From Selaginella moellendorffii (Eukaryota; Plantae; Lycopodiophyta): a stretch of DNA of 64,000 nt. Below are positions 11,779-22,879 of this stretch, in pieces. Each line of letters opens with the position of its first letter. Position 1 is the stretch's first letter. The stretch spans positions 1,868,374 to 1,932,373 of the forward strand of contig NW_003314272.1 of assembly GCF_000143415.4 (NCBI RefSeq). Direction: 5' to 3'. The notes beneath the pieces were generated by a model that was given only the letters and a program-made list of their open reading frames with translations, was not told the DNA's origin and made no database searches. The translations under genes and the position numbers were made by a program.

Positions 11779-14160
11779 ATGAATCTAACCATCAAGAGCC
11801 TCGAAGAGTTTAGCGGTTGCAGCAGCGGCTTTGAAGGTCTCTCCCGGAAAGCTGCCCAGCATGTCGATCAGAATCGATTTAACGAGCTTTTGGAAGGTGA
11901 CAAGCAAAGGGCTAAGAAAGAGGAATTAGCCACTCGCAAGGCGCGTCCTCCTGTGCCAGTTCAGAATGGACTTCCGATGCATGCGGACTCTGAAGACATA
12001 AATATTGCCTACGAGCTGTGGGAATGGTGCAGCATACGCTATGACGATAAAATTAACGAGATGACACCTCAGGCTTAATATGCTTTTCACCAACTACCTG
12101 GGGCATTTACGAGGGCTGGACAGATGGAGTGGTGGAGCGAATGATGGTTTTGTTTGAGCACAAGCTAATGACTGCTGAGGGCTTCCTGCCTGGCCTAGAA
12201 CACAACACTGAGCTGGCCTGTTAATTTTGGTGGCCCGCCCCTATATACAAGTCATTGCGGTTGCAATGGATTGAAAAACAGAGGAGGTGGCAGCCGAGCC
12301 AATGTGCGCCGGAGCATGAGATAGAAAAGTTAGCAACGACTTTAAGAGCAATTAGACTCTTCTCCAAGGACTATGACCCTCAAGTTGCTGTCACAGCTTG
12401 AGGGGAGGTTGGTTTACCTTTTGGAGCCTAACAAAGTTGCCAGAGAAGCTCACTAGGAGGTACTCTGTGTAAGAAGAACCACTGCCATGGCTTTTACACC
12501 CTGCGAGTGCCCCATGATTGATTTTTTATTCCACTATGGGCCCTCCCTAACCGTCGTGACCGAATGCTGAGTGGCGCATTAATAAAAGGTTGTGCAGGGG
12601 CAAACAAAAACACATTCATATACTATTTACAACATCCCTTTTGGCTGTCCTTCCGGCCTTCATATTGCCAAATTCCTTACATTAAGGTTTTTGGAACTTC
12701 ACATTTGGATTGTAAAGAACCTAATGTAGGCAGTCTTTATTTGCATTGCCTCTCTTTTGAGTGTCAAGTGCAGCTTCTCCTTGATGCACCATGGGTCTTG
12801 CACGCTCCTCAAAGTGATGTGGATGGCTCTTGATCACACCGTGATGGATTCTTTATTTCCCTGCTTCGCATACATATGGATTTTTAATGCCCTCCCTTGC
12901 AAATTATTGTCATAAAGATTTCACGGGATCTAAAAATTGGAGCTGGATGGATCAATGAATAATTTCAGAAAAATGAACATGTATCCACTGAAATATAAAT
13001 GTCAATGATATTATCATAAAAAATATTGACATTTTGATTTTATCCTGCAACACTAGATGCCCATGACCAATCAAAAGAAGACATTGTAAGCCTTTCCAGT
13101 AAGATAAACATATGTGCATCCAGTGTCTCAAGGTTTAGTTGATTGTTTATCGCATTTTGCCTGGAAATCCTCATTCACAACTATGCTTAACAATAGCTTC
13201 ATTAGTTGAGGGTACTTCCCAAGCCAATCCTATCTTTCATCACCATCTAGTTGTAACATGCAAACCTTGTAAGCTGACATATCTTTGCAACAGAGCTGTA
13301 AATCATCTACAAAACCTTTTTTCTCTTGCTCACAAGCTTTCAAGTCAATCTCAACAAGTGAGTCAAACCTTTAAAGTAAGTTGTGTAAGTACTAAGCTGT
13401 TCTAGAAATTTGGCTTTTGTAATCATTTGGAAATGACAAAGGTTCAAAAAGTTTGAAGGAGTTGCAATTCATAAAGTCCATAAATCAAGTGTTCAAAATA
13501 GTTATAATCTTCTCCACCAATTCTCTCCCTGATTCCTCAAAAATACCACCTTCAAAAATTTCACTTAAAATATTTATAGCTTCCTTTGAGTCCACTTTTA
13601 TATTTGTGCTCTTATCCAAAAAGAAAGGGCTTAGGGAGATTTTAGGGTATACATGCATTTAATAGAAGAATATCCTTAATAGGTATATATTAAGTATATT
13701 TCTATAAGTATATTCTAGAATATTTGAATTTATAAAATTTATGGTGACATTATGGTGACATTATTATTGCATGTCAAATGACAGTTTTTTATAAATATTT
13801 GAATGCCAGGTGACATTAGCCTCTCAAACTATCCATGTCATATAACATTTTTTTTAGTCATGACATTGATTCAATGCCAAAATTATTCCTTGGGATGGCT
13901 TTTGGTTGAAATGACATATTTAGGAATTGAAGATGGTGGTTTCTAACAGTAATCATTAAGTGTAAGAAGGTCATTCTATTGGTTATCTGCAATGAGGCTC
14001 TTTAACATCAAACTTCATTCAAAGGGAGAAGGTTGCTTTGATGTCATGTTTGTGGATTTTGATTGGTCAGGCAAGATTAAGTGGTGTTAAATCCTTGTAA
14101 GGTTTGGTTACAAGAGGAACATAATCTACACTTTGTCAATGATCTAGTGGCTCAGCTATG
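11779..14160 (+). pseudogene. Crinkler/CR-type REase + protein kinase relic, split by a ~1.4-kb AT-rich insertion
   Basis: Motifs in the expected order across frameshifts: TDGVV...VLFEHKL (12120-12167), ARPYIQVIAVA, EKLATTLRAI, KLTRRYS (~12445). After the insert: MRLFNIK...VMFVDFDWSGK (13992-14075). Confidence 0.5.
12532..13960. mobile_element. AT-rich insertion, probably a non-autonomous DNA transposon relic
   Basis: Separates the two halves of the kinase relic. Starts with CACTA and has clustered (GG/A)TGACA(TT) subterminal-type repeats at 13741-13918. No matching 3' terminus or TSD found. Confidence 0.3.
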
Positions 14161-14393
14161 AGAAATTAGTGCTAGCTAAGGTTGTTTAATGCATAACAAA
14201 TAAAGGTTTCACTAGAGAATTGCTTTGCCAGTCCAAAGGCCAATAATTTCTATGAGTGGGTCTCCACAATCGTCAGTCCATTGGGTAGACTTCTTAGCTC
14301 AATTCTTAACTTTTGAAGAAATTCTTCTTGATCTCATAGGATCCCTTTATAAGGTCAACATTAGCCTCCCTAGTAATTATCCATTAAAGCCTT

Positions 14394-15530
14394 TCAAGAT
14401 AATGTGGAAAGGAGGAAGAATTCAAAGATCTTATCTCTCGTTAGAAAATGTAGGTGGTGTTTAAAACATGAATCTATCACTGCAAAATTCATCCTAGTGG
14501 ACAGATCTTCTTGAAAACTCTCAAGGAGAATTAAAGTCCAGCTCTTACAATTTCCAAAGTTTTGTTTCAATTTGTGCATTGCTGGGTGAGCCATGAGTTT
14601 TCTCTTTGTTTTTCTTGAACTTATTTCCTTGTAGTTGATCCTTTGGTGGGAAGTATAACCTGTGAATATTTGTCCAAAATGCTGGTAGCATCTGACCATG
14701 TTGTGATTGACGGGAGGCCAAATCTTCTTGGACATGTGAGAAACAAATCGAACTTTGTGGACAGCTCCATGGCCTTGTAGTAATGCAGCAAGCTCTTGGG
14801 CTTCTCATGCTGTATAAGCTGCGAGGCAAGGTCCATCTTTGCATTCATCACCAGCTTCTCCACTCCAGGGACTCAGTCGTAGGCAGCAATGGTGATCTTC
14901 AATTCTTCTCCAGACAATCTTATTGAGTAGTTGATGTGATTGTGCCACCTTCATCAAGAACAGCAACTTAAACTCAAAAAAGTTCCTTAGAGAAGACAAA
15001 AAAAAAACACAAACCTTAGCACTCGAGCTCTAGGCAAGAGCTCTTGATGGCACGTTGCAAGCTTTGCTATGGCGGTTATGACAAAAAATAGCAGCTGGGA
15101 CTGGGCCGGGATGGCAGAAGTTTTATGCCTGGATGTTTGTGAAGATTAGACACAACATAAACAGTGAGAAACTTCAATTACCATAAGGAGAGGTTTTTGT
15201 AGAGAACCAACTCCAGAGTTTCAAAGAGCTCTCTTACACCATCCTTGAAACAAGTACCACCACCCCCATGGTCTCCAACGACTCAGCATAGTTGCAAAGG
15301 AAGCTCAGTCTAGTAAATGTAATAGAAGTTTAACACTCAAACATTGTGAAATCCATCTTACTTTACTGTCACTTGTTTGAGGTTGACTGGTGATGGGCTT
15401 CTGCAATGTTTTTACTTCTTTTGGGATAACAACATCAAATAGATAAGAAAGGCTTACCTTCAAAAGAGCAATGAATTGAGGAGATTTCTTGAAGAAAGTG
15501 TGCACAAACTGACAACACGTTTGTTGGACC
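14394..15530 (-). mobile_element. Degenerate hAT-superfamily transposase relic
   Basis: HTFFKKSP...LQKP...KVRWIS..SV..LL resembles the hAT 'FF..SP.R...RW.S' block. NC.SW.LIL lies near the expected dimerisation region. Many stops and frameshifts. Confidence 0.4.
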
Positions 15531-16930
15531 TGATTTAAGACATGAGTCAGCTTATGAGTAAACTAATCTTGCTTACCTCGATTGAAAATGTCTTATCTGG
15601 AAACATAGCATTGATTCTGAAGAAGACCATAGGTAAAAGAGCGCAGAGTAGTGCTAAACATACAAAGAGCAGCAGATTAATCGCAAAGGTTTGGAACTTA
15701 CAATCGCTCATATCTTGCAATGCAACGTTGAAATAGACTTGCAAAAGCTGCGGGATAAATTTTAGAGCATGTACCCCATTGCTGCTTCCAACGTAACTTT
15801 CATTCCAGGATACAACCAATGATGTTCCTGCAAAATGGACCTTTGTAACCTTAAAAGCAATATAGTCACTTCTTGTTAATGCTAAGCCTTCATTTTCATC
15901 TTTCAAGAGGTCTGAAAACAGATCATCTGCTTCGTAATATAAGCTTCTTCCAGAGCCTTCTTTGCTAGAATCATTGCCCCCACCAATGAAAGTTCCCATC
16001 TAAGTCAATGCTCGAAGTGCCTAAAAAAAGATGCCTCGAGATAAACAAATCACAAACGTTAATGAGCATATCACCTCAAGTGTTGGGTTATTTCAAATGT
16101 TCCCTGTGTTTCCGTGCAAAGATCCAGTGCATTGTTCTAGACTCTGACCAAAACTGCATAAAAGTTTCACATGCTTCAACATCAGAAATCGAGTCATAAC
16201 TCGGAAATACTCACTTGGCAGATCCAGAAGAGCCAAGAACAGTTGCAAAATTGACAATTGCAAAACTCATAAACCTAGCCATCATCTTCTTGAAGCCAAT
16301 TGTCATGTATGCTTGATGGTGGCAGTGCTTGCCTTTTGTTTGAAGCATCAGAGAGCTTCAAGAAACTTAATCTCCAATGTGTATGACTGTAATACATTCC
16401 AAGCAATGTCAGTAATCTAGAGAAGAAGAAAAGAGAATACAGATGTTTGCCGGGGAGCTAAAAGCACCAAAAATAGAAAACTCACCTCTTCAGTCACTGC
16501 CACTTGGCTCGCTATTCTCAACATTGAGAACTTGCCAGTGGATAGATGGACTTGCTGAGGTTAAGCCTGTGCAAGTCAACCAAGGTAGCTTGGCCAGTGA
16601 CTCTAGAATGGGATCCAGCTTGTTGTCACTGAGCCATTGCACATGAAAATGCATTCAGTTTGGCTACAAACAATATGTGAAAGCTTTTTACCTCAAACTT
16701 AAGAGTGCCATACCATTGTTTGGCATGAAGAACTAGAAGAAATCAGCTTGACTGAGGAAGACAATATTCAGTCTGCAGCGAACTTGACAAGATGGTGTCT
16801 GGTGAGCTGCTTCCGTTACAGGTAGTGCCGAGCTTGGCATATAGCAGCAGAGATAGATTCAAGCAACCTCTTCAAGTGCATTATTGCAAGCCTCAAGGAG
16901 CTTCGGTCGGTCCAACACTGCACTTCACCT

Positions 16931-17002
16931 GATGTTGCGAGCCATAAAGCATTGTTGCACTGAGCGGATGTTGCGAGCCCTAAAGCATTGTTGCACTGAG
17001 CG
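16931..17002. repeat. 36-bp tandem duplication (1 mismatch)
   Basis: gatgttgcgagcc(a/c)taaagcattgttgcactgagcg x2. Confidence 0.9.
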
Positions 17003-17939
17003 TAAACGACTGCAAGAATTGCACCACCTTCTCATACCGATAAAAAGGAAGAAACAAAACGCGAAGAACAATAAAACCACCTAAGTTGGAAATCTCTGGC
17101 GAGCTGCTTGAAGAACAGCTCGGACCTGCATGTAATCGTCATATGCATCGCACCTTCGTACATCTCCTGTATGTACTCGGAGCCCTGGAAGCTTTGCAAG
17201 GTGCGGCTGGCTGCTTGTGCAGCCACTGCCATGACTTTCAGCTGGCCAGAATGCCAACAGTGACACAGGGAGAAACTCTCAACAAAAGGATCTAAATGCG
17301 CAAACCAACAAGTGCTTACACCTGCATTCACTCAATGCAAAAAATTGTCGACGAAATTACTGCAAACATAGTCTGTACCTTTCCAGATGTTTGGCAAGCC
17401 TAAACCCAAGATGTCTGGCACAAGCATGATTGCCAATCATTTTGTTTGTGAAGGCCACATGTGAGCTGCCTAGAAGCCGAGGCTGGTGATCAAGGATCGC
17501 GTCCCTGCACTGAAGAAAAAGATTACGTTGGTAAAGCAATGCAGCAGCTTCTTCCAGAGATCGCCCATGTAGCAGAAACCTATATTAAAACCCTCAATCT
17601 CTAATTGCATGCCACGGTGCCGATGGCTAAGCAGGTAATCTTATAGTAACCGGTGGTACTGTGAGCTATCCACAGGTAGATTAATTCTCGTGATCGTAGC
17701 GCTCTTTAACTTGGATCTCCAAAACGGTGGCTCTTCTCCTCCTCTCAAAGGCGATTTTTGCGACAAAGAGGATGATGGAAACCGAGACGATGGATCCTCT
17801 GTAAAAGTGAATTTACATTTGGTATAGTGGTAGCGGTAGATTTTGGAGTTGAGGTGAGCAAAGAATGTTTAAACCACGAGAGTTCTTTAAACACCATACT
17901 CAGTGGTTTAAATTAATAAGTAGTTTGAAAACCGATTAA

Positions 17940-17944
17940 GCGGG

Positions 17945-17985
<41 letters not shown>

Positions 17986-18012
17986 GCGCGTGTTCGATCC
18001 ACGCTCTCCGCA
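17940..18012 (+). tRNA. tRNA-Phe(GAA), nuclear type, with two variant positions
   Basis: GCGGGGATAGCTCAGTTGGGAGAGCGTCAGACTGAAGATCTGAAGGGCGCGTGTTCGATCCACGCTCTCCGCA: 73 nt, GAA anticodon, intact A and B boxes. Confidence 0.92.
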
Positions 18013-18209
18013 TCTAGAAAATAGAAATGCATTAGAAGATGCTGCAAGCTCTCAGAGATGCACAGTCCAGATCATGGATCAATTTATCTTTTGAAGGGCA
18101 AAAAACAAAACAGGGATTGTGATCACAAGAGCACAGGGACATCAAACAAGAGTGTGGTTGCTGATTTTAGACTTCGACGAATACTACGAATAAATTAAAA
18201 GTAGCCACT

Positions 18210-19900
18210 TTATGATATATTTTTTCTTTTTTTAAAATAATTGTACACCTGTTTTAAATTACCTCGAGAAGGATAAACATTTGGTACATAGGCAGATACA
18301 TAAACTAATTTTTCTCGAATGTCCTCTTTCATAACTTGAATTGCAAGATTTTCATAAGAGAAAACTCCTAATGACAGATATAAATTAGAAGTAAAATAAA
18401 ATGAAACACATACCATCTTTATTAAAGCAAGCCATCAAGATTGCTAAACAAACTGAGACACTGATATTTCCTCCTGTTGAAAATCAAAAATTAAAAATTG
18501 AGATCCAAAACTCAAGATCAAATAAGTACCATTTCTGCAACAAACCAAAAGGTTCCTTTTCTTACCCAAACTTCTTATTGCAAACTCAACAATGGCTGGA
18601 AGATTATTTTGTAGACAATACCGATCAAACTTAGAATCCTATCAGAGCAATGTAAAATGTAAGTTACTGACCGTTCCAAGAGAACCATTTGTTTTACCTG
18701 AATGTTTAGGGAAAGAAAATAGCCTTCGCCCAAGAATGAAACATCAAGATGTCCAGAGCAGTCTATAACCGAGACATTCTTGATTGATAAGAGTTCCTGT
18801 GGTTGAACTAGCAAAGAACAAGGAAGAGCAAATAAAAAACAAAGCGAAACAATGAAATCTGACTTACTTGCACCAAGCGCTAGACCAGTGTTTCCAATCC
18901 ATCGAATTCCTGTATCTCCATTCGCTATCTCACCATGAATCCCGTTTCCCTCCCACCCTTGCAAAACTTTCCAAGGCCTCCCATCCCTCCTCACAATCTC
19001 CGCCACCTTCGCGTTGCATTCATCGGGGCCGGCATCGATGATGTCCAGAGCATTGCTCCAAAACATCCCTGGCGTCAATCCTCGAGCCCAGCTCTCTTCG
19101 TCATCCCCCGCGCCAGGAATGTAGCTCCATCCTGCCTCCGAATCACTACACCTCTCTAGAGCTCTCGGCCTGGATGCCGAGATGAGGATCACCGGTGTAA
19201 AGTCCAGCGAGCCCGGCTCCGGGATCTCGTCCAGCCATATCAGTGATCGCTGAGATATCCAAAGTGGTCGGAGAGGCCTCTCGAGTGACGCTGCCAAGCC
19301 CGCCAAGTCGGCTCCACTCGCTAGCAAAACTCCCACCCATTGATCCAGCCGGGCTTGGATACACGACTTCTCGGTCTCGGACACCCAGCTAGGGAGGTGG
19401 AGCTCGCAATCCCAGCTCTTGCGCTTGTCCGGATCGAGAAGCATTGATATCCCTCGATTCATCACGCATGTCCATATTGGAATCGTCTTGGACATACTGT
19501 CGGGAAATCTTTTCCCTTTCCTGGTCGAATCCACGATCATGCAGCCTCCAGATCGCGCTGGACGATCGGAGAAGAAAAAGATAAGCTGTGGATTCTTTCT
19601 TAGCGAGTAAACGAAGCGCTTACCAGCAATGGCGGCAATGTGGATGTTGAGCCGCGCAGGATTGAAGCCCCAATTCCCCGTATGGCCATCGGTGGATTTG
19701 AAGTAGCACGTATCATCGAATTTGCGCGCATACCACAGCCCACACCGAAGATTTGCCACCAGCGGAAGTGCAGGCCTGAGGGCTCGAATCTCCGCCACGA
19801 ACCCGGCGTCATCGTAGATGGAGCGCAGCGCATTGTAGAGCGACTGCTCCTTGCGCTTGATGCTCCTGGCGATCTTGTAGATGCTGTGCTCATTCTCCAT
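18210..19900 (-). CDS. RIT1: Initiator tRNA A64 2'-O-ribosylphosphate transferase (Rit1), multi-exon
   Basis: LVANLRCGLWY, CYFKSTDGH.GNW.F, IVDSTRKGKRFPDSMSKTIPIW, YIPGAGDDEESWARGLTP. 3' exons give SKFDRY.L..NLP, LLVCCRNG, SVSVCLAIL and PSRGNLKQV, with the stop at 18212-18210. Confidence 0.92.
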
Positions 19901-19925
19901 CGCTAGAACCCTAATTCCCAGGAAA

Positions 19926-21644
19926 TTAGGGTTCTTCCGTGCTGTAAAGGCCGAAGAGCATTACATAGGCCGCGGCGTGCTCGGGCTCCAGCTCCCTCGC
20001 AATCTCGGCGGCGTCGGATCCATTCTCCACATCCGACTGCGTCCTGCAAGCGCCCAGCACATTCCGCCACTCGATCCCCCCCGGCTCGAAGGGCATAGCG
20101 GCGATGAGATCCATGAGCTCCTCCATCATCCCCAGCCGGCCGAGCAGATCGATCACGCAGCCGTAGTGCTCCATCGAGGGCGCGATGCCGTGGTCGCCAC
20201 TCATGGCCAGGAAGTAGCTCCGGCTGGGCAGCAAGAGCCCGCCGTGGCTGCACGCCGCCAGGATGCTCACAAACGCGACGCCCGACGGCTGCACGCCCTC
20301 CCACGCCATCCTCTCGAAGACCTCGCGCGCCGCCCGGGACCGCCCGTGCCGCGCGTACGCCGCCACCAGCGCGGCCCACGACACCGCATCCCGCGGCGCG
20401 GCGGCGCCGCCCATCTCCTCGAACGCCACCCGGGCGCCCGCCAGGCTCCCGCATTTGCCATACATGTGGATGAGCGTGTTGCCTAGCGTCGTGCTCGCGA
20501 GACTCCGCGACGCCCGGACGCGCGCGTGGATCGATCGCCCCTCCGCCAGCGCGCCGATGCTCGCGCAGCCGTCGAGGGCGCTCACGAAGCTCACCTGGTT
20601 GGGGCGGACCCCCTCGAGATCCATCCGCTGGAGGAGCTCCAGCGCCTCCTTGCCGTGCCCGAGCTGGGCATTTGCTGCGATGATCGCGTTCCAGGCGATC
20701 ACGTCCCTCTTTGAGATCCCCTGGAAGATCTCTCGCGCGTCCTCGACGCTGCCACACTTGCCATACATGTTGATCAGCGCGGTGGCGACGAGAACATCGC
20801 TTCTCTCCTCCTCTTCTTCGTAGCGATCGATGTAGCGATGGATTTTCCGGCCCTCTTCCAGATCGTGGAGATTGGAGCACGCGCCTAGCGCGGTGATGAA
20901 GGTGACGCGGTTGGGCCTGGCCTCGCCGGCCTCGACCACCGCCCAGAAGAGCTCCAGGGCGGCGGCGCTGTGCCCGAGCTGGGCATACGCCTGGATCATC
21001 GCGGTCCACGCCACCACGTCCCTCCCGGACGAGAAGCTCTCGAAGATCTCTTTGGCGTCGCGCAGGCTGCCACACTTGCCATACATGTTGACGAGATTGT
21101 TGCAGAGGATGGGATCCGCGGCGAGGCCGTCAGCGATGATCTTGGCGTGGATGGCTCGGCCCTCGCCCAGCGCGGCGCCGCCCAGATCAGCGCACACGCT
21201 GAGCAGCACCACGAATGTGACGCTGCTGGGGCGGACACCCTCCCGGCCCATGCGCTGGAAGAGCTCCAGCGCGTCGCGGCCATGCCCGGTCTGGGCATAT
21301 GCACCGATCATGATCGACCACGAGAATCGGTTCCTCCGGGGCATGGAGTCGAAGATCTCGCGCGCGCTGGCGATGTCGCCGCAGCGGCCATACATGTGGA
21401 TCACCAGATTGGCCACGAAATGGTCGCGGATGAGGCCGATCGAGGAGATCTCCGCGTGGAGGCGCCGGGCCTGGGGCAGGGATCTGGAATTAGTGCAGTC
21501 GCGGAGCTTGGCCGTGTAGATTTGCTTGGTTTCTTCGAAGTGATCGGTTTGATTCGTGGACGGCGCTTCTGCGTGGCTGCTATGGAGACGCGCGAATCGT
21601 GGTCGTCGCCGGCGAATGCTCCATTGCCCCCATTTCCACCACAT
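19926..21644 (-). CDS. PLS-E class pentatricopeptide repeat protein, intronless, GC-rich
   Basis: LVNMYGKCGSL, DVVAW.AMI.AYAQ.GH, FVSILAACSHGG, HYGCVIDLLGRLG, MPFEP...W..VLGAC, AAYVML. Confidence 0.93.
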   Translation of the reverse strand: MWWKWGQWSIRRRRPRFARLHSSHAEAPSTNQTDHFEETKQIYTAKLRDCTNSRSLPQARRLHAEISSIGLIRDHFVANLVIHMYGRCGDIASAREIFDSMPRRNRFSWSIMIGAYAQTGHGRDALELFQRMGREGVRPSSVTFVVLLSVCADLGGAALGEGRAIHAKIIADGLAADPILCNNLVNMYGKCGSLRDAKEIFESFSSGRDVVAWTAMIQAYAQLGHSAAALELFWAVVEAGEARPNRVTFITALGACSNLHDLEEGRKIHRYIDRYEEEEERSDVLVATALINMYGKCGSVEDAREIFQGISKRDVIAWNAIIAANAQLGHGKEALELLQRMDLEGVRPNQVSFVSALDGCASIGALAEGRSIHARVRASRSLASTTLGNTLIHMYGKCGSLAGARVAFEEMGGAAAPRDAVSWAALVAAYARHGRSRAAREVFERMAWEGVQPSGVAFVSILAACSHGGLLLPSRSYFLAMSGDHGIAPSMEHYGCVIDLLGRLGMMEELMDLIAAMPFEPGGIEWRNVLGACRTQSDVENGSDAAEIARELEPEHAAAYVMLFGLYSTEEP

Positions 21645-21661
21645 TCAATTCCCCAAGAGCC

Positions 21662-21900
21662 CTAGATTCCTTGCCTTGAAAGCGCATATGCCATCCGCGG
21701 CCTTTCATGCTCGATTGAGAGGAAAATGGGTGCTCCTCCGCGACAGCGTCGACCACGTGTCCTGTGACAGCAATCTAGATGCTTTCCAGGAGAACTTCCA
21801 GTGGCTGGCTCTTCCTTGGATGCTAGTAACTCTGATTGCCAAGCATGTACCACCAATCTGCCGATCAAACGCAAGGGGATATCGATCGAGATGTGATGAT
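21662..21900 (+). pseudogene. Deletion-riddled copy of the promoter and first domain of the nucleoredoxin-like gene at 30.1 kb
   Basis: agattccttgc(c/t)ttgaaagcgcatatgccatcc matches 30063-30095. tcctgtgaca.caatct.gat..ttccaggagaacttccag matches 30410-30451. Confidence 0.85.
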
Positions 21901-22178
21901 GCTTACTTTGATCGATTTCCCTGTGACAGGAAATCACACCTCCAGATCATAATTCTTCGCTGCAGCTCCTCAGACATGTTGTTAACTCTGTATACAAACT
22001 CCTAAACTTGGAAATGCCCGATCTCCAAAATCATGAAAATACTAAGGTTAATCAGCAAATTCGAATGTGTGCATTTGTATCTTATTAAACTTTCAATAGT
22101 ACAAAGAAAAACGTGTACATTTCAATCTCAATGAAAGCATTCTCGTAGCATTGGAAATCTAAGAGTAATTTTCGTGGT

Positions 22179-22574
22179 TTGTATTTTCCAGTGCCGCCAC
22201 TCCTCCATCGAGACATCCGTCTCTGGAATGTAGTGTTTGATTACACCACAGGCTCCTACTTCCTACTGGATTTGGAAACAATTTCACTACTAAGAATACC
22301 ATTTGCAAATGAATTGCCAGCATGCGACGACAAGACACTCGAGAAAGTCAGCATATTAGAAATTGAAACTGAAACTTGTTTTTACCAGATACAGCTTGGT
22401 GTCATGCTGAACAAGATCTCTCTGTGCCTGGGTGAGCTAAGCGCACCAGCACACGCGTTTCTGGCAAAACTCATCGACAAAGTAGCAGTCAGCCTCATGG
22501 ATTCCTGGATTGTGACCCCCAGTGGACCACCGCCCCCGCCCTTGAATGACAACGTGGAGCGAGCCAAATCCTGA
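22179..22574 (+). pseudogene. Crinkler-type protein kinase C-lobe fragment
   Basis: LLHRDIRLWNVVFDYTTGSYFLLDLE ... YQIQLG.ML; paralogous to the inverted copy at 22.9-23.7 kb. Confidence 0.6.
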
Positions 22575-22879
22575 ATATTACTATCTACTATTTTGTAGAC
22601 GTATGAATTGGTGACCAAAGCCAGTCAACGTCGTTCTCTCGATGGTACCAATAGCTGTCGGGAGTTGATATCATGGATGAAAGGGGGCCAGAAGAACCAG
22701 GCTCCTGGAGTGATCAACAGCAAGAGCACGATCGCGAAATTGAATCGCTCTGACTGTTTTCTTTGACCTGTCGTTGCCATCCACATACTACTACAATCTT
22801 TTAGCTTCACCATTGGATAATTGATCCTAGGACTTTAAACACAATCTTATTTACGATCACTATTGACTTTCTCCGAGAG

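Noticed and set aside
12532-14170. Complete CACTA element
   Set aside because: A CACTA start is present, but no TAGTG end with a matching terminal inverted repeat and 3-bp TSD was found. Kept only as a low-confidence insertion.
19881-21665. Long overlapping alternative-frame and antisense ORFs over the PPR (also over 43.9-46.8 kb)
   Set aside because: These are expected shadows of very GC-rich coding sequence and have no recognisable motifs.
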